From positions 2,279-58,999 of the forward strand of contig JAHDBW010000005.1 in assembly GCA_020630175.1 (NCBI GenBank): a stretch of 56,721 nucleotides of DNA. The letters run 5' to 3'. Within the stretch, counting starts at the first letter, position 1, and each line of letters opens with the position of its first letter. The notes beneath the pieces are model-generated. The model saw only the letters and a list, made by a program, of their open reading frames with translations, made no database searches and was not told where the DNA came from. Source of the DNA: Anaerolineales bacterium. GTDB lineage: Bacteria > Chloroflexota > Anaerolineae > Anaerolineales > UBA6668. Below, in pieces: positions 20,737-30,904 of this stretch. The position numbers and the translations under genes were made by a program.

Positions 20737-21588
20737 TTAGTTCTCTTCGTCGTCTAAGAATGAAAGATCGCTAAACGCTGTAATTTCAATTTGATTTTCG
20801 GTTAGGTAAGTATTTGGAATGACTAACCGCCGTCCATCAAGGCTTACTTCACTGTTGAGTGTGCCGATGGCTTCTAGCATGCCTTCTTTGCCGTCAAAAC
20901 GGATCGTATCGCCGGTAGAGAACGTGTCACGTGCATAGTGCCCGGCCAACACGTTCTTGGCGACATCGCGGCCACCTAAGGCAAACGTTAGCCCAAACGC
21001 CGCTGCGATTATTGCAATAAGCGTGCTGAAGGTGTTAGTAAGCAGCGTAACATCCATCCCCAACTGACCAAGTGCCACAATCGCGACAATTATCGTAATT
21101 AGGCCTTGGACAACATTGCCTAAGGTTTGATAAAACTCAACGCCAATCCCATCCATGGCTAGCGCCACCGCCCGACCTAAGAACTTGCCGAGCATAATAC
21201 CCACAATGATTGTGATGAGCGCAGAGATTACATTTGGCATGTAATTGATCAGGCTGCGCAGGCTGTCAACCAGTGGGGTGATGCCAAGCACTTCCAGTGG
21301 CACGATAAGCAGGTTCAAGAAAATAAACCAGTAGGTTAGTTTGCCTAGAATGTCACTGCCGCTCGAGGTGATTCCGGCACGCTCCATATTATCGGCAACG
21401 CCAAGTTTTTCTGGCAGGCCATCTACGCCAAATCTGGTACCCACAGATTGAACCAAGCGGGCAACAAACTTCGCACCGAAGTGGAAGATAATAAGAAAGA
21501 TGATTGCTCCTAATAGCCGTGGAACAAACTCGATTACTGTGGCAATTAGCCCGTTAACCGATTCCTGAATAGTTTCAACAATTTCCAT
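20737..21588 (-). CDS. CmpX-like / MscS-related TM-helix membrane protein
   Basis: FVPRLLGAII and YMPNVISALI TM_helix repeats, ALGGRD, short MscS beta domain (GDTI...EGMLEAIG...VIPN). Confidence 0.85.
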   Translation of the reverse strand: MEIVETIQESVNGLIATVIEFVPRLLGAIIFLIIFHFGAKFVARLVQSVGTRFGVDGLPEKLGVADNMERAGITSSGSDILGKLTYWFIFLNLLIVPLEVLGITPLVDSLRSLINYMPNVISALITIIVGIMLGKFLGRAVALAMDGIGVEFYQTLGNVVQGLITIIVAIVALGQLGMDVTLLTNTFSTLIAIIAAAFGLTFALGGRDVAKNVLAGHYARDTFSTGDTIRFDGKEGMLEAIGTLNSEVSLDGRRLVIPNTYLTENQIEITAFSDLSFLDDEEN

Positions 21589-21590
21589 TG

Positions 21591-21911
21591 TTATTTCCCT
21601 TCGCGCTTGCGGCGCTCATTTAGCGAATTCCGCTGTTGTTCTTTCCGCCGGAAGATGGGCGAAAACAAGTTCAATACAACTTTGAAAAAACCGGCTCCAG
21701 CAAAAGAGAGTGATCGCTCAGTTAAGGTGTCACGTCCTAAGCGGCCCAGGACCCGGCGTTCAATTGTGCTGGCTTCAAGCGTGTCTAGGTCAGGAATGTC
21801 TTCTCCGAGCTCTCCCAGACTGGCTAATAGTGCTTCTAATTCTGCATCGGTAATGTCAGCTTCAGGCACTTCGGTTGGATCGGGTGGGGCAATATTATGT
21901 TGATCTGTCAT
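21591..21911 (-). CDS. Small protein, candidate anti-sigma factor (CfrX-like position)
   Basis: Overlaps the sigma stop (ATGA); acidic N-terminus, amphipathic helix, basic tail. Confidence 0.6.
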   Translation of the reverse strand: MTDQHNIAPPDPTEVPEADITDAELEALLASLGELGEDIPDLDTLEASTIERRVLGRLGRDTLTERSLSFAGAGFFKVVLNLFSPIFRRKEQQRNSLNERRKREGK

Positions 21912-22504
21912 TGCACGTCTCCGCTTTGCAACTTGTGATAGACCTCTTTCAGAGCAGATCTAGCCCGTTGCACTCGCATCTTTGCAGCACTTACACTGAT
22001 ATCTAGTGTTTCTGCAATTTCTATATAAGGTTTTTGATGAATATCTTTAAGATAAATAATTTCGCTGTCTGCGGGTCGTAACGCGGACAGTGACTTGGCT
22101 AAGAGCGTCATACGTTCGTTCTGTAACCAAATCGACTCAGGGCTGTCTTTTTGCGGTAATACTTCTGCAAGGTCGTCTATTGTGGTGGAACTTTGTTGTG
22201 GACGACGAGAACGGCGGCGAAGTTCATTCTGACTGGTGTTGATTGCAATACGATACAGCCAAGTTTTGAATGAAGCCTTGCCCTGAAATTGCGCCATGCT
22301 ACGGTAAGCTTTGACAAACACATCCTGTGCTAAGTCTTCGGCATCTTCAGCATTGTGGACGAAACGGTAGCAGGCACGCCACACCATATTTTTATGACGG
22401 GCAAATAAAACGCGAAAAGGACGTTCGTCTTTCCCTCTGCGCTTTATGCTTTCTTTAACTAACTCTTCGTCAGTTAAGTCTGAAAAATCTGTAATTACAG
22501 TCAT
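21908..22504 (-). CDS. ECF RNA polymerase sigma factor (SigX/SigW-like)
   Basis: DEELV, DAEDLAQDVFVKAY, FKTWLYRIAIN, EIAETLDISVSAAKMRVQRAR. Confidence 0.93.
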   Translation of the reverse strand: MTVITDFSDLTDEELVKESIKRRGKDERPFRVLFARHKNMVWRACYRFVHNAEDAEDLAQDVFVKAYRSMAQFQGKASFKTWLYRIAINTSQNELRRRSRRPQQSSTTIDDLAEVLPQKDSPESIWLQNERMTLLAKSLSALRPADSEIIYLKDIHQKPYIEIAETLDISVSAAKMRVQRARSALKEVYHKLQSGDVQ

Positions 22505-22519
22505 TCAATCCCGTGATAT

Positions 22520-22555
22520 AAAAAATGGTCGTGACGCTCACGCCACGACCATTTT
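22520..22555 (-). terminator. Terminator-like hairpin just upstream of the sigma gene
   Basis: Minus strand AAAATGGTCGTGGCG-TGAG-CGTCACGACCATTTT followed by TT. Confidence 0.7.
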
Positions 22556-22635
22556 ACCGCCAAGTTGAGAATTCGTTGTAAACGCGTTTTCAACTTGGCT
22601 TTAGGGACTTAGATCTAAATCTAAATTGGTGCGAC

Positions 22636-23814
22636 TTAGCTTAGGCTGTCGTCAAAGCGTTCTAGTTGCTTTGCTGCCCAATCGCGGCCACCAAGGCCGA
22701 ATGCGATTGCGCCACCAACTGCGAGTGCGCCAACAAGTGCCATGAATGCTGCGTTGACAATGTTGTCTGCCAAGCCCATGCGGCCAAGTGCCATCGCGCC
22801 GAACAAGATCAATGTTGCGTAACGTGCGATGTTTGCGGCAGTGTTAGCGTTTTTAGCACCACTGCTTTTGATGGTTGTTGATGCCAAGTTAGCCAACCAC
22901 AGACCAATTACCAAGATCACTGAACCGAACAGCAAGTTGCCGCCGAACCCAATAACGGTAGAAACAATGTCGGTTAGGCTACTGAAGTTGAGCATGTCAA
23001 CTGCTGCGTTTACCGCGATTAGCATCAAGCCAACCATGGTGATGGTACCAACGATTTGTGATGGGCTTTGTGAGCCGCGATAGTTCAACCCGATAGCAGT
23101 TGGAACGCGATCAAAACCGATGCTGGTTAGTGCGCCTGACACGATGCCAGAAAGCAAGCTACCAATGAAGTAAGCGATGTAGAGCAACAAGCCTGCGCCG
23201 AATACCTTAGGTACTGCACTCATGAATGAGTTGAGCATATCTGAAGCAGGAGCGGCGACTTCTTCCAAGCCAACTGCGCCTAGAGCAGAGATGATGCCTG
23301 GGATCAAGATCAGTGCGAACACCAATGTTGAGACCAAGTCTGAAACTTGTGGTTTGGTCATGCCAACGCGTTCGCTCAAGCGATCTGCGCCAACAGCGCT
23401 TAGCAAGTTAGCGACAATGTTGCTAGCAACTTTTGCGACCAAGTAGAACACACCTAAGATGATGGCACCGTTCAACAGGGCAGGGACTGCACCGAAGATC
23501 TTGCCGATCATGTCTTTGAGTGGGTCTAGTACGCTTTCCATACCGAGGTAGCTTAGAAGCACCATTAGTACAAACAGCATCAAAACGTAGCGGACAAACG
23601 TGCCGATACCTCTTTCAAGTTCCATGCCGTTGTCAGCATCTGCACCCATTGCAGATGCAACACGTTCATCAAGGCTTGTGCGCCCCAATAGTTTTGTTGT
23701 CATATTGCCAACTGCTTTTGCAATCCAGCTACCAATGAAAAAAATTGCTGCTGCAATTAATAAGCTGATAATCCAGTTTGAAGCTTGTGGGATCATTGCT
23801 TGTAATGCATCCAT
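22636..23814 (-). CDS. Multi-TM_helix repeat membrane protein (mechanosensitive channel related)
   Basis: Repeated P-x-L/V-x-GA-x-I helices; ends AFGLGGRDWA; SD AGAGGAG. Confidence 0.85.
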   Translation of the reverse strand: MDALQAMIPQASNWIISLLIAAAIFFIGSWIAKAVGNMTTKLLGRTSLDERVASAMGADADNGMELERGIGTFVRYVLMLFVLMVLLSYLGMESVLDPLKDMIGKIFGAVPALLNGAIILGVFYLVAKVASNIVANLLSAVGADRLSERVGMTKPQVSDLVSTLVFALILIPGIISALGAVGLEEVAAPASDMLNSFMSAVPKVFGAGLLLYIAYFIGSLLSGIVSGALTSIGFDRVPTAIGLNYRGSQSPSQIVGTITMVGLMLIAVNAAVDMLNFSSLTDIVSTVIGFGGNLLFGSVILVIGLWLANLASTTIKSSGAKNANTAANIARYATLILFGAMALGRMGLADNIVNAAFMALVGALAVGGAIAFGLGGRDWAAKQLERFDDSLS

Positions 23815-23876
23815 GTTTTATCTATCTCCTCTTATCTTTGAGTAAAATTATTTTGTAGGTCATAGCCTTACTAGTC

Positions 23877-23904
23877 TAGACCCCACGTTTCGAGAAACGT
23901 TACA
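23877..23904 (-). promoter_or_regulatory. ECF-type promoter
   Basis: Minus strand TGTAAC-N17-GTCTA about 60 nt upstream of the 23814 start. Confidence 0.6.
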
Positions 23905-24036
23905 TCTGAATCTTAAAATATTTAGTTTGGTTACAAAATGCGTGACCTTAGATGTGTATTACTACTAATTATTTCCCCATTTATTCTACTAGTCACTAAA
24001 GTAAGTGTAAATGGCGACATGGTAGAATTTTTTAAT

Positions 24037-24630
24037 ATGAAGATACTTCTGATCCGCCATGGCGAAAATCAATACACTGCGACCGGAAAATTAGCGGGCC
24101 ATCTGCCCGTTGAACTTAATGAAAGAGGGCATGAACAAGCAAAACAGGTTGCTGAACATCTAAAGGATGTTAAATTAAAAGCAATCTTTGCCAGCCCACT
24201 AGTAAGAACAATGCAAACGGCGCAACCGTTAGCAGATTTAAAAGGCATGCCAATTCTGGAATGTCCCGGCATTATTGAAATGCGTTTTGGCGATTGGGAA
24301 GATAAATTGCTCAAAGATCTACGCAAAAAGAAGCTGTGGAAAGCGGTACAAAGTGCCCCATCAACTGTGACGTTCCCTAACGGCGAATCGTTTCGAGCCG
24401 CCCAAGCGCGGGCAGTCGATACGGTTGAAGCACTTGCCAAAGAATATTCTGGCAAAAAAGACACTATCGCGATCTACGCGCATAGCGATATCATTAAGTT
24501 AGTAATGGCACACTACCTCGGAACCCCATTAGACATGTTCCAAAGAATCGCCATTAGCACCGCAAGTATTTCTGTATTGCACTTTATGAAAGAAGCACGC
24601 ATGGTTGGAGCAGTAAATAAGACCTTATGA
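24037..24630 (+). CDS. Histidine phosphatase (MSMEG_4193-family phosphomutase-like)
   Basis: LIRHG, ASPLVRT, AHSDIIK. Confidence 0.88.
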   Translation: MKILLIRHGENQYTATGKLAGHLPVELNERGHEQAKQVAEHLKDVKLKAIFASPLVRTMQTAQPLADLKGMPILECPGIIEMRFGDWEDKLLKDLRKKKLWKAVQSAPSTVTFPNGESFRAAQARAVDTVEALAKEYSGKKDTIAIYAHSDIIKLVMAHYLGTPLDMFQRIAISTASISVLHFMKEARMVGAVNKTL

Positions 24631-25145
24631 GTGGCAACACAATTGAACTCAAGCCTGTAGATCGTATTACGGCGAATTGCAAAGGGGAACCAGGAAACCG
24701 GACTTTTTTCATTCAAGGCCGCCAAGACTTTCAGCTGGTTACGCTGCTAGTTGAGAAGTTTCAAGTACAACAGCTTGCCACAGGCATTGCGCAGTTTGTG
24801 CAGCAATTGCAAGAGAAATTTCCAGATCTAACGCCAGCAACAAGCGATTACTACACGCCAAATATGCTACTAGAGCCGCCAGTTGACGCAATGTTCCGCG
24901 TTGCGCAAATTGGGCTTGGCTATGATGAAGACGCTGACTTGGTTGTACTTGTTGCGCAAGAAAATGACCAAGATGAAGACGATTCGCGAATCGTACGCTT
25001 TTGGGCAACGCGCTCTCAAATGCTAGCTATGGGGGCTTATGGCGCTTGGGTGGCATCACAAGGGCGTCAGATCTGCGGTAACTGCCTTAGTCCAATTGAT
25101 GCGGACGGCCACTTCTGCCCGCAACGTAACGGACATCGCCACTAA
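24627..25145 (+). CDS. DUF3090 family protein
   Basis: GEPGNRTFFIQ, LVEKFQV, C-terminal CGNC...GHFCPQRNGH. Confidence 0.85.
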   Translation: MSGNTIELKPVDRITANCKGEPGNRTFFIQGRQDFQLVTLLVEKFQVQQLATGIAQFVQQLQEKFPDLTPATSDYYTPNMLLEPPVDAMFRVAQIGLGYDEDADLVVLVAQENDQDEDDSRIVRFWATRSQMLAMGAYGAWVASQGRQICGNCLSPIDADGHFCPQRNGHRH

Positions 25146-25155
25146 TTCCATCGCG

Positions 25156-25908
25156 ATGACCGATGCGCAAGACACAGAGCAACCGCAAGGCGTTGCGCTT
25201 ACAGCTGATGAAGTCCTAACGCTAATGGCTGAGAGTGAGTTGGACCTTGAAGGGCTGATGCCGCATGGTTCCAACTATACGTTTTTAGCCTACGCCCAAA
25301 CAGAGCAGCACAAGTTGCCAGTTATCTATAAACCCATTCGTGGCGAACAGCCGCTGTGGGATTTTCCAACTGGCACGTTGGCATTGCGAGAGGTATGCGC
25401 GTATCAGCTTAGTGAAGCGCTAGGCTGGAACTTTGTACCACCTACAATCTTGCGTGACGGCCCGCACGGCCCTGGCTCTGTGCAATTCTATGTACACTGT
25501 GACCCAGAAGTGCACTACTTCACCTTAGAAGACTCAGAAAAAGAAAGCCTGCGCCCGGCAGCTCTGTTTGATTTCATCGCAAATAATGCTGACCGGAAGG
25601 GTGGGCATGTTCTGAAAGCGGAAGACAATCGGCTGTGGCTCATTGATCATGGGCTGTGCTTCCATCATGAGTACAAATTGCGCTCTGTAATTTGGGAATT
25701 TGCTGAACAGCCTATTGAGCCAGAACGCTTAGCTGCGATTTCAGAATTCCGCACCAAATTAGAAGACACCGCACTGCGTGAGATCTTCGAAGACTTGCTG
25801 AACACCGTTGAGATGAACGCCATGAAGGCGCGCATTGACGACCTGCTAAGCACCAAACAATACCCCGCACCTGGACCAGGACGCCATTACCCTTGGCCGC
25901 CGGTCTAA
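25156..25908 (+). CDS. SCO1664-family PI3/PI4-kinase-like protein
   Basis: GSNYTF, YKPIRGEQPLWDFP, REVCAY, NNADRKGGH, LIDHGLCF, YPWPP. Confidence 0.88.
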   Translation: MTDAQDTEQPQGVALTADEVLTLMAESELDLEGLMPHGSNYTFLAYAQTEQHKLPVIYKPIRGEQPLWDFPTGTLALREVCAYQLSEALGWNFVPPTILRDGPHGPGSVQFYVHCDPEVHYFTLEDSEKESLRPAALFDFIANNADRKGGHVLKAEDNRLWLIDHGLCFHHEYKLRSVIWEFAEQPIEPERLAAISEFRTKLEDTALREIFEDLLNTVEMNAMKARIDDLLSTKQYPAPGPGRHYPWPPV

Positions 25909-26178
25909 TTCAACACCCATCTAATTCACCTGCAATACTTATCGGTTCGTTATTTTCCGTTAAGCTTTACACCGCCAAACCTCGTTATACTGATTGCATC
26001 TTGCTATAGAAATCAGCTACGCTATTACCGCGTTCAGTGATTTTTCCTACTGTAGAGTCAACAATTTCTGAGCCAACTAAATACTGATTTAGTTTGAAAT
26101 TATTGAAATATGTAAGATTTCTACCTACCGTCGAGTCAAGAGATACATAAGACAAAGTGTCAATAAAAAGGTGAAAAG

Positions 26179-27141
<963 letters not shown>

Positions 27142-27230
27142 AGCAAATTCTATTACTGAGTGTTGTCATTACTGCTGCCATAATTGTCTCGCAACACTCA
27201 GTATTCCTAACACTAACAGGCTAACTGCTC

Positions 27231-27869
27231 ATGAAACTCCCTAAAAACTGGCTCAACATTCTGGTGCACATCGGTGCGCTTTATCCAATTTACTTGATGT
27301 GGCAAGACTGGCAGACTGTCAACCCGATTCAAGCAATGACGCTTACCACAGGAACATATGCATTGGTCTTCCTTGTTTTATCGTTGGTCGTGACGCCATT
27401 GCAGTCTATGTTTCGCTTCCGCAAGTTGCGCGTTGCGCTAACGCGTAAGCCGCTTGGGTTATGGGGATTTGCCTTTGTAACTGCGCATATGCTGATCTTT
27501 ATTGGGCTTGAATATGGGCTTTTCCTTGGTGGCTCACTGAGCGACTCGCTAAGCCTTATTTGGAAAGACCTCTCTAACAAGCGCTATATTGTGGTTGGCT
27601 TTGCAAGCTTCTTGCTGATGGTGCCGTTGGCAATTACCAGCACAAAAGGCTGGCAAAAACGCCTGAAGAAAAATTGGCGTAAGCTGCATAAATTGGTTTA
27701 CATCGCCATTCCGTTGGGTGTGATCCATTTCTATTGGCTGGTAAAGGCTGATACAACGAAGCCAATCCTCTGGGGGATTGCGGTGGCATTACTGCTGATT
27801 GCACGCATTCCAAGTGTGAAGAAAACGCTCAATACGCCTGTGAAGTGGGCGCAAACAAAGTTCGCTTAA
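27231..27869 (+). CDS. msrQ: Protein-methionine-sulfoxide reductase heme-binding subunit
   Basis: RKPLGLWGF...H, PLAITS, WRKLHKLVY...HFYW. Confidence 0.93.
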   Translation: MKLPKNWLNILVHIGALYPIYLMWQDWQTVNPIQAMTLTTGTYALVFLVLSLVVTPLQSMFRFRKLRVALTRKPLGLWGFAFVTAHMLIFIGLEYGLFLGGSLSDSLSLIWKDLSNKRYIVVGFASFLLMVPLAITSTKGWQKRLKKNWRKLHKLVYIAIPLGVIHFYWLVKADTTKPILWGIAVALLLIARIPSVKKTLNTPVKWAQTKFA

Positions 27870-27879
27870 GCACAGAGCC

Positions 27880-27918
27880 TAACAAAAAAGCCGCTTGATC
27901 AAGCGGCTTTTTTTGTTA
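27880..27918. terminator. Bidirectional intrinsic terminator
   Basis: AAAAAAGCCGCTTGATCAAGCGGCTTTTTT palindrome between convergent genes. Confidence 0.88.
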
Positions 27919-27952
27919 AACATTTGAATTGTGATCCCGTCGGTAAACAGCA

Positions 27953-28921
27953 CTACCCACAGGTTGACGTTATCTGGTTCCACAGCGCCTGTAGCTGATC
28001 GGTTGGGAAGATGATGGTGCTGTCCCCTTCAGAGGCACTGGTATAAGTCTTGATTGAGAAGGGCGCATTCGACGCTTCGTCAAAGCTCCACGTGAACGTT
28101 TCGGCTTGCTTGATGACAGACCCACCATAGTCTGAGGGTTGGCCTTCTCCATCGTACACAAGGTTTAGAGTTTGACCATCTGCCAGCGTGCGGTTAGCAA
28201 AGCGCTGGCCGCCGAGTATTAGCTCCACCCCTTCAAACGTCCAAATATATTTGCCATCATCTGGCTCGGCATTGGTTACGCGCACTAACATGCCGCCCGC
28301 ATCGCCAAATTGCCGCTCAACTTCCAAAATATCTAGATTTTCAACTAAGCCGCGCACATCTTCTAATGGATCAGACATATGTTGGGCACGTAAACTGCCA
28401 TCACTGTTCCGGACTTCCCACATCCTTTGCGCCGGATCAAGCACTAAGGTTTGGCCGGGCTCAAATAGCTCTGGCAGTGCCATTTGGGCTGGCAGCGGCG
28501 CATTGTGGATAATCAGCACCCGTCGTAGCCCACCGGGGAACGTGACCGGGGCGCTAAATTCGATTGGACCACCTCTGGTTTCCAATAGCTGAGTCTCTTC
28601 AGTCTGCCGCCAGACGAGTTCGTACATCACCATCTCAATGATGCCGTTTTCAACGGTGATGGGGCTAAGGCAGGGCAACGAGCGCGGAACAGGCGTCGGC
28701 GTATTGATCACACGGGCCGCTTCTTCGGTTGGATTAACCCACTCCGTGCCAAATGGGGTGGGCACAGAGACGGGCGTGGCCGGAGTGTCTTCTGTGCTAG
28801 GCAGTTCCGTACTTTCTGCATTGAGAAATGGAACACCTTCTGGCAAGTAGGGCGTAATTGCGCTACACCCAACGGTTGCCATGCTTAATAAAACGATTAC
28901 AAAACGATTGAATAGTGTCAT
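27953..28921 (-). CDS. Hypothetical lipoprotein
   Basis: Lipobox TVGC, Pro/Thr linker; likely start ATG 28921. Confidence 0.65.
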   Translation of the reverse strand: MTLFNRFVIVLLSMATVGCSAITPYLPEGVPFLNAESTELPSTEDTPATPVSVPTPFGTEWVNPTEEAARVINTPTPVPRSLPCLSPITVENGIIEMVMYELVWRQTEETQLLETRGGPIEFSAPVTFPGGLRRVLIIHNAPLPAQMALPELFEPGQTLVLDPAQRMWEVRNSDGSLRAQHMSDPLEDVRGLVENLDILEVERQFGDAGGMLVRVTNAEPDDGKYIWTFEGVELILGGQRFANRTLADGQTLNLVYDGEGQPSDYGGSVIKQAETFTWSFDEASNAPFSIKTYTSASEGDSTIIFPTDQLQALWNQITSTCG

Positions 28922-28976
28922 AGAAATATAAGACAAATTCTACCTGCATCTGGTGAATGACCGCTAGAATTGGCCG

Positions 28977-30089
28977 GTGAATATGAAACTAAGACATGTG
29001 ATCGTTGCCTTCGTGGCCTTGGCGTATAGTTGGCCGCTAACCGATAAGCTCATTGAAGTGGGGCCACAGCATACCGTGGCGAGCGCGCACCCAAATGTCT
29101 GCTTTCACACGCGCCTGACAGATGAAGTTGAAACGATAAAGATCCAAAAGACGCTTGCGCTCGTTCGCGAAGCTGGGGCAACTGCAATTGTTGAGTACTT
29201 CCCGTGGGCTTACGTAGAAGCGGAGCAAGGGCAGTACAACTGGTATCACGCCGATCGCATTATTGATATTGCGCACCAAAATGGCATTACTGTCATTGCC
29301 CGGATTGGGGTTGTGCCTGCTTGGGCACGTTACGCGCCAACCGAGCCAATCCCCAGTACAGGCGTTGACCGCACAGATACGTACCTGCCGCCAGAACGCT
29401 ATGAAGATTATGCAAATTACATCGCCGCGTTTACCGAACGTTACCAAGATCGGGTGGACTATGTGATTGCTTGGAATGAGCCGAACCTCGCATTGGAGTG
29501 GGGCTTTCGGCAAGTGGACCCTGAAGAGCACGTTGCGTTGCTCAAAGCCGCGTATGCAGGAGCCAAGCGCGGCAACCCTAATGTCAACGTGTTGGGCGGG
29601 GCGGTTGCGCCAACGCTAGAGCCTGTTGGTTCACCCAATGGGATGCACGATCTTACGTTTTTGGAACGCATGTATGCTGCGGGCTTTGCCGATACCTACG
29701 ATATTCTGGCAATCCATGCGTATGGACTGGGGCAACCGCACGCGCAAGCACCAGATCCGCAGCGGCTTAATTATCGCCGAGTGGAAGTGGTGCGCGACCT
29801 TATGGTTGCTAACGGCGATGGGCATAAACAAGTCGCAATTACTGAATCTGGCTGGAACGATTCTTCCTATTGGCTGTATGCCACAAACCCCGCAGACCGC
29901 ATTACACAAACGCTAGGGTCTTATGCATATGCGGAAGAAAACTGGCCCTGGAACACTTGGGTGTGCTCATGGGCATTTCGCTACCCACAGCGCTATTACA
30001 GCTATTTTGATCAATATGCGTTTGTAGCTCCAGATTTTGAACCATTGCCCATTTATCTGGCGATCAAGGACTACACCCAATCACAATGA
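28977..30089 (+). CDS. Clan GH-A glycoside hydrolase (GH5-like)
   Basis: FPWAYVE, AWNEPN (acid/base), AIHAY, ITESGW (nucleophile). Confidence 0.85.
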   Translation: MNMKLRHVIVAFVALAYSWPLTDKLIEVGPQHTVASAHPNVCFHTRLTDEVETIKIQKTLALVREAGATAIVEYFPWAYVEAEQGQYNWYHADRIIDIAHQNGITVIARIGVVPAWARYAPTEPIPSTGVDRTDTYLPPERYEDYANYIAAFTERYQDRVDYVIAWNEPNLALEWGFRQVDPEEHVALLKAAYAGAKRGNPNVNVLGGAVAPTLEPVGSPNGMHDLTFLERMYAAGFADTYDILAIHAYGLGQPHAQAPDPQRLNYRRVEVVRDLMVANGDGHKQVAITESGWNDSSYWLYATNPADRITQTLGSYAYAEENWPWNTWVCSWAFRYPQRYYSYFDQYAFVAPDFEPLPIYLAIKDYTQSQ

Positions 30090-30901
30090 GAGCCAAAATA
30101 AGCGCTGTGCTGGTGATGCTAATCGGCACAATTGTGTTGATTGCGCAGCCCGTGCCGCAAACCGATGAGATTTGGGACTCTGTCCAAGCACGCGGCACGC
30201 TAGTCTTTGCTGTCGATGCGACGTTTCCGCCGTTTTCTGCACTGGATGGTAATGGCAACTATGGCGGATTTGATGTTGAGCTAGCCCATTTGATTGCTGC
30301 CGAATTACAGCTAACGCCGCAGTTCAAGCTGGTCAGTTTTGACAGCTTGCTAGGCAGCACGGTTGTCCGTCAAGCGGATGTGGCGATCTCTGCGCTCGTT
30401 CCGCAGCCAACGCGCACTGAAGAGGTGTTTTTTTCTACGCCATATTTCAACGCTGGCACGCGTTTAGTCACGCACGATAAGGTGCGTTATACAACAGTAG
30501 CGGCTTGGTTAGCGGGAAAAACGTTAGTCGTGGAGTTAGGCTCCCAAGGCGATGTGATTGCGCGCCGTTGGCAAAAGCATGACGCTACATTACAAGTCGT
30601 GCGCGTTGCGAATAATGCCGAAATCCATAATGCGCTGCAAAACGGTATTGCGGATGGCGGGCTGACAGATGTCGTTGCGGCCTTTGAGATGACGATAGAC
30701 ACCGCCAGCTTGCACACAATCCACGTGGAAACGGTGCCGTACGTATTGGCAAATGCTAGCCAAGCGCCAACGCTACACGCCGCAATCGAGGCTGCGTTGC
30801 AGCAATTGGAAGAAAATGGGGAACTGCCAGCCCTGCGTCAAAAGTGGTTTGGAACGCAGGCGCGGGCGTTACAGTTTGATGTTGTAGAAGGCCTGCCGTA
30901 A
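30086..30901 (+). CDS. ABC substrate-binding protein, polar amino acid family 3
   Basis: RGTLVFAVDATFPPF, GFDVELA, FSTPYF, LRQKWFG. Confidence 0.85.
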   Translation: MRAKISAVLVMLIGTIVLIAQPVPQTDEIWDSVQARGTLVFAVDATFPPFSALDGNGNYGGFDVELAHLIAAELQLTPQFKLVSFDSLLGSTVVRQADVAISALVPQPTRTEEVFFSTPYFNAGTRLVTHDKVRYTTVAAWLAGKTLVVELGSQGDVIARRWQKHDATLQVVRVANNAEIHNALQNGIADGGLTDVVAAFEMTIDTASLHTIHVETVPYVLANASQAPTLHAAIEAALQQLEENGELPALRQKWFGTQARALQFDVVEGLP

Positions 30902-30904
30902 GGC

